Source of the DNA: a virus
Taxonomy: Duplodnaviria; Heunggongvirae; Uroviricota; Caudoviricetes
IMG/VR virus record: IMGVR_UViG_3300011827_000030
Span: 1 to 39,646 of that record
Reading direction: 5' to 3' (one strand)
Length of the DNA stretch: 39,646 nucleotides
Under the pieces are notes generated by a model, which saw nothing but the letters and a program-made list of their open reading frames with translations, did no database searches and had not been told where the DNA came from. Below, piece after piece: positions 36,602 to 39,646 of this stretch. Every line of letters starts with the position of its first letter. Position 1 is the first letter of the stretch. A program made the translations under genes and the position numbers.

Positions 36602-36820
36602 ATGATGATTTGCCCACTGTGTGGAAGTGCCGCCCATACTCGCAGCAGTTTTCAGGTATCTTCATTGACCAAAGAGCGTTACAACCAGTGCCAGAACATT
36701 AACTGCAGCCATACTTTTGTTACCCATGAAACTTTTGTTCGTTCGATTGCAACGCCAAAAGAGTCAAATCCGGTTCAGCCGCATCCAATGAAATCAGGAC
36801 AGGTGGCGCTCTCTCTTTGA
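36602..36820 (+). CDS. ogr: Ogr/Delta-family zinc-finger late transcription activator
   Basis: CPLCGSAAH...ERYNQCQNINCSHTF...PHPMKSGQ aligns by eye with P2 Ogr (four-Cys zinc finger); last phage gene before the att repeat; start could be 36602 or 36605. Confidence 0.85.
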   Translation: MMICPLCGSAAHTRSSFQVSSLTKERYNQCQNINCSHTFVTHETFVRSIATPKESNPVQPHPMKSGQVALSL

Positions 36821-36843
36821 CGCTGCCGCCATTTTGTCGCCAT
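36821..36843. other. attR: Putative attR core (right copy of the direct repeat)
   Basis: cgctgccgccattttgtcgccat, 22/23 identical to 19-41; begins at the first base after the ogr stop codon. Confidence 0.6.
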
Positions 36844-37040
36844 CGTTAAAAAACAGTGCTTCTAACATCATGATTTTAAACAGCTTAAATTTCAGGCAAC
36901 AAAAAACCCATCAACCTTGAACCGAAGTGGCGGGGGTGGTGGGCTCCCCAAAAAGGGGACATCAAAGAAAAGCAGTGGCATTACTTATGACTGATGCCCT
37001 GAGAAAAAGTTCTGCCTGTGACGGCTTTTTTCTCAAAAAA

Positions 37041-38726
37041 TTATTGTAGCCCTGGCCAGATGATCACGATGAGCGTCCCGGCAAGGGTAAGCAGCACGTT
37101 GGCGATGGCGTAGGTCCCTGCGTAGCCGAGCGCTGGAATATTGCTGCGCGCGGTATCGCTGATGATCTCCATCGCCGGGGCGCAGGTGCGGGCTCCCATC
37201 ATGGCGCCGAACAGCATCGCCCGGTTCATGCGCAGCACGTAGGCGCCGAACAGGAAGCAGATCACCACCGGCACCAGGCTGACGATAAGCCCTGCCGCCA
37301 GCATCTGGCCGCCGACGGCGCCCAGCCCGTTATTGATCCCGGCCCCGGCGCTGAGACCGACCCCGGCCATAAACACCATCAGACCAAACTCTTTCACCAT
37401 GTTCAGCGCCCCCTGCGGGATATAGCCGAAGGTTGGGTGGTTGGCGCGCAGGAAGCCAAGCATGATGCCGGCGAACAGCAGGCCGGCGGCGTTGCCGATG
37501 CCGAAGCTGAAGGAGCTGAACTGGAAGGTGATCATGCCGATCATCAGGCCAACGATAAAGAAGGCGCAGAAGGCCAGCAGATCGGTCACCTGGCTGTGAA
37601 TGGAGATAAAGCCGATGCGGTCGGCCACGGTTTTTACGCGGCGGGCGTCGCCGCTGACCTGCAGCACGTCGCCTTTGTTCAGTACGACGTTATCGTCGAT
37701 AGGCATCTCGATCTGGCTGCGAATAACCCGGTTTAAGAAGCAGCCGTGGTCGGTAAGCTTGAGCTGCGCCAGGCGGCGGCCGACGGCGTTGTGGTTTTTG
37801 ACCACAATCTCTTCAGTGACGATGCGCATGTCGAGCAGATCGCGGTCGAACACCTCTTTACCGTTGCGGAAGCTCGGGTCGAGGCGGGCGTGGGCGTCCG
37901 GGTAGCCCACCAGCGCAATATCGTCACCCATCTGCAGCACCGCGTCGCCGTCCGGGTTGGCCAGAATACCGTTGCGACGAATGCGTTCAATATAGCAGCC
38001 GGTCTGGCGGTAAATACCCAGTTCGCGCAGATTTTTGCCATCCGCCCAGGCCACCAGCTCCGGGCCGACGCGGTAGGCGCGGATCACCGGCAGGTAGACT
38101 TTACGTTTGGAATCGGTATCGAGGCCGCGCTCGCGGGCGATTTGCTGGGCGCTGGTCTGCAGATCCTGATGCTGCAGCTTGGGCATATAGCGGGCGCCGA
38201 CGATCAGGCTCACCAGACCAACCAGATAGGTCAGGGCATAGCCGAGGCTCAGATGGTCAAGCGACTGCGCCAGCTGATCGCTGGGCAGGCCGAAATGGCG
38301 CAGGGTGTCGCCCGCGCCCACCAGCACCGGGGTGGAGGTCATGGCGCCTGCCAGCATACCGGCGGTGAGCCCGATATCCCAGCCGAACACTTTACCCAGC
38401 ATCATGGCGATCAGCATCGCGCTGCCGACCATCACCAGCGCCAGCATCAGGTAGTTTTTCCCGTCGCGGAAAAAAATAGAAAAAAAGTTGGGCCCGGCTT
38501 CTACGCCAACGCAAAAAATAAACAGCATAAAGCCGAGATTAAGGGCATCGGTGTTAATCGCGAAATGCTGCTGGCCTAATAATAGAGAAACGACTAAAAC
38601 GCCAATGGAATTACCAAGTTGTACTGAGCCGAGACGCAGTTTTCCCAGGCATAGTCCTAATGCAAGTACAACGAATAATAACAGGATGTAATTCCCGTTT
38701 AACAAATCTGCGACGTTTATATTCAC
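37041..38726 (-). CDS. ybjL: Putative transport protein YbjL (AAE-family transporter with TrkA-C domains); host gene
   Basis: Translation is near-identical over its length to E. coli YbjL as I recall it (…[33 protein letters not shown]…); start taken as the GTG giving MNINVA. Confidence 0.85.
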   Translation of the reverse strand: MNINVADLLNGNYILLLFVVLALGLCLGKLRLGSVQLGNSIGVLVVSLLLGQQHFAINTDALNLGFMLFIFCVGVEAGPNFFSIFFRDGKNYLMLALVMVGSAMLIAMMLGKVFGWDIGLTAGMLAGAMTSTPVLVGAGDTLRHFGLPSDQLAQSLDHLSLGYALTYLVGLVSLIVGARYMPKLQHQDLQTSAQQIARERGLDTDSKRKVYLPVIRAYRVGPELVAWADGKNLRELGIYRQTGCYIERIRRNGILANPDGDAVLQMGDDIALVGYPDAHARLDPSFRNGKEVFDRDLLDMRIVTEEIVVKNHNAVGRRLAQLKLTDHGCFLNRVIRSQIEMPIDDNVVLNKGDVLQVSGDARRVKTVADRIGFISIHSQVTDLLAFCAFFIVGLMIGMITFQFSSFSFGIGNAAGLLFAGIMLGFLRANHPTFGYIPQGALNMVKEFGLMVFMAGVGLSAGAGINNGLGAVGGQMLAAGLIVSLVPVVICFLFGAYVLRMNRAMLFGAMMGARTCAPAMEIISDTARSNIPALGYAGTYAIANVLLTLAGTLIVIIWPGLQ

Positions 38727-38992
38727 GAAAGCCAACTTCTCATTTACTAGTAAGTTGTTGAAGGAAATGGTTATTTGGTCTAAGGTTGCTCAGGCGTTCG
38801 CGTTGTCGCGAACCTATTCTGGCACCCTGTTATAACCAGCAAAAATATACCGCTAGTTTAATCCTTCCTGGATGCGGCGGCTAGTGACAATCGTTTTTAG
38901 GCTGGTAGGGGAGTTATTGGCATGGATTGCCGAAATGCTTTATCTGACTGGGCGACGTGGACGTGAGTTAGAGGCAACATCAGGAGGATACG

Positions 38993-39376
38993 GTGAAATC
39001 TGAGCGTAGTTGGGCCGGCATTATCTGTGGCTTCGTTCTGTTCATTGTGGTGTGCTTATCGTTGTTGTTACATATGAAAGGGGCATTTCGCGCCAGCGGC
39101 AACCCGGAGCTGGGCCTGCTCTTCTTTTTGCTGCCAGGGGCGGCGGCGAGCTGTCTCTCTCCCGGACGGCGGGTGCTGCGTCCTTTGCTCGGCGCGATAC
39201 TGGCGGCGCCGGTCTGCATGGTGACGATGCGGCTGTTCTTCGTGACCCACCGGACGTTCTGGCAGGAGATGGCGTGGGTGTTGAGCGCCGTGTTCTGGTG
39301 CGCGCTTGGGGCATTGTGCTTTTTGTTTATCTGCGCCTGGCTTGATACCTGGCGCAGTCATTCATCGAGCAAATAA
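38993..39376 (+). CDS. ybjM: Inner membrane protein YbjM; host gene
   Basis: 127-aa hydrophobic protein resembling E. coli YbjM; GTG start with RBS CAGGAGGA; conserved synteny ybjL-ybjM-grxA. Confidence 0.75.
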   Translation: MKSERSWAGIICGFVLFIVVCLSLLLHMKGAFRASGNPELGLLFFLLPGAAASCLSPGRRVLRPLLGAILAAPVCMVTMRLFFVTHRTFWQEMAWVLSAVFWCALGALCFLFICAWLDTWRSHSSSK

Positions 39377-39382
39377 ATTGAC

Positions 39383-39646
39383 TCAGGCAAACAGGCCGAG
39401 ATTCTCTTTTGCCCAGGCTTCAAAATCGGTGCAGCCGCCGATGTGTTTCTGGTCGACGAAAATCTGCGGCACGGTTTCAACCGGTTTGCCAACGGTTTTT
39501 TCCAGGTCAGCTTTGCTGATGCCTTCGGCATGAATATCCACGTAGCGGTAGTTGAAATCATCACGCTCGTTGGTCAGTTTTTCTGCCAGTTCTTTAGCGC
39601 GAACGCAGTAAGGGCAGCCTGGACGACCAAAAATAACGGTAAACAT
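39383..39646 (-). CDS. grxA: Glutaredoxin 1; host gene
   Basis: 87 aa with CPYC active site (VIFGRPGCPYCVRAKELAEKL...), resembling E. coli GrxA; start codon is the last three bases of the window. Confidence 0.9.
   Translation of the reverse strand: MFTVIFGRPGCPYCVRAKELAEKLTNERDDFNYRYVDIHAEGISKADLEKTVGKPVETVPQIFVDQKHIGGCTDFEAWAKENLGLFA

Larger units (their letters stand above)
19..36843. mobile_element. P2/186-family (peduovirus-like) prophage, apparently complete, bounded by direct repeats
   Basis: Contiguous P2-type gene order (int, cI, apl, cII, A, Q, P, O, N, M, L, X, holin, K, lysB/C, R, S, V, W, J, I, H, G, FI, FII, E/E', T, U, D, ogr) recognised from translations; flanked by a 22/23-nt direct repeat at 19-41 and 36821-36843; host genes ybjL/ybjM/grxA lie to the right. 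Confidence 0.85.

Noticed and set aside
36844-37040. Hairpin GAGAAAAAG-N15-CTTTTTTCTC between attR and ybjL as a terminator
   Set aside because: A/T-only stem with low predicted stability; may serve as the ybjL terminator but the evidence is too weak to call.
37746-38579. 277-aa plus-strand ORF
   Set aside because: Antisense within host ybjL, whose translation closely matches the known transporter; spurious.
1-39646. tRNA, rRNA, CRISPR array, or IS transposase
   Set aside because: No cloverleaf-like sequence, short regularly spaced direct repeats, or transposase-like translation noticed by eye; tRNA absence in particular should be confirmed with a scanning tool.

Overview
Almost the whole window is one P2/186-family (peduovirus-like) prophage of about 36.8 kb, integrated beside the enterobacterial host genes ybjL, ybjM and grxA (37041-39646). 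All calls rest on reading the six-frame translations and the DNA by eye and on recalled family motifs; no database search or computation was run. The prophage is bounded by a 22-23 bp direct repeat (19-41 and 36821-36843), which I take as attL/attR. Gene order is int, cargo gene, cI (all minus strand), then a 186-type switch and early operon (apl, cII, small ORFs, TraR-like, dam, replication gene A), an SOS-box module with a DinI-like gene, an accessory island, then portal/terminase (Q, P) and the full P2-type head, lysis and tail module (O N M L X Y K lysB/lysC R S | V W J I H G FI FII E/E' T U D ogr). Four AT-rich cargo genes interrupt this conserved backbone and are the main candidates for an undescribed anti-phage or lysogenic-conversion function: (1) a membrane-anchored coiled-coil protein with a C-terminal T5orf172/GIY-YIG-like domain between cI and int; (2) a KAP-family P-loop NTPase after dinI; (3) an RloC-like ABC ATPase with a CxxC zinc hook and a PrrC-like C-terminal region, between a cos-like site and Q; (4) a 583-aa protein with a canonical HEPN RNxxxH motif between S and V. 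Regulatory signals visible in the sequence include a strong rightward early promoter, a perfect LexA box, three TGT-N12-ACA late-activator sites, a T-TTT-TTG frameshift site for E/E', and a cos-like sequence. No tRNA, rRNA, CRISPR array or transposase was seen.
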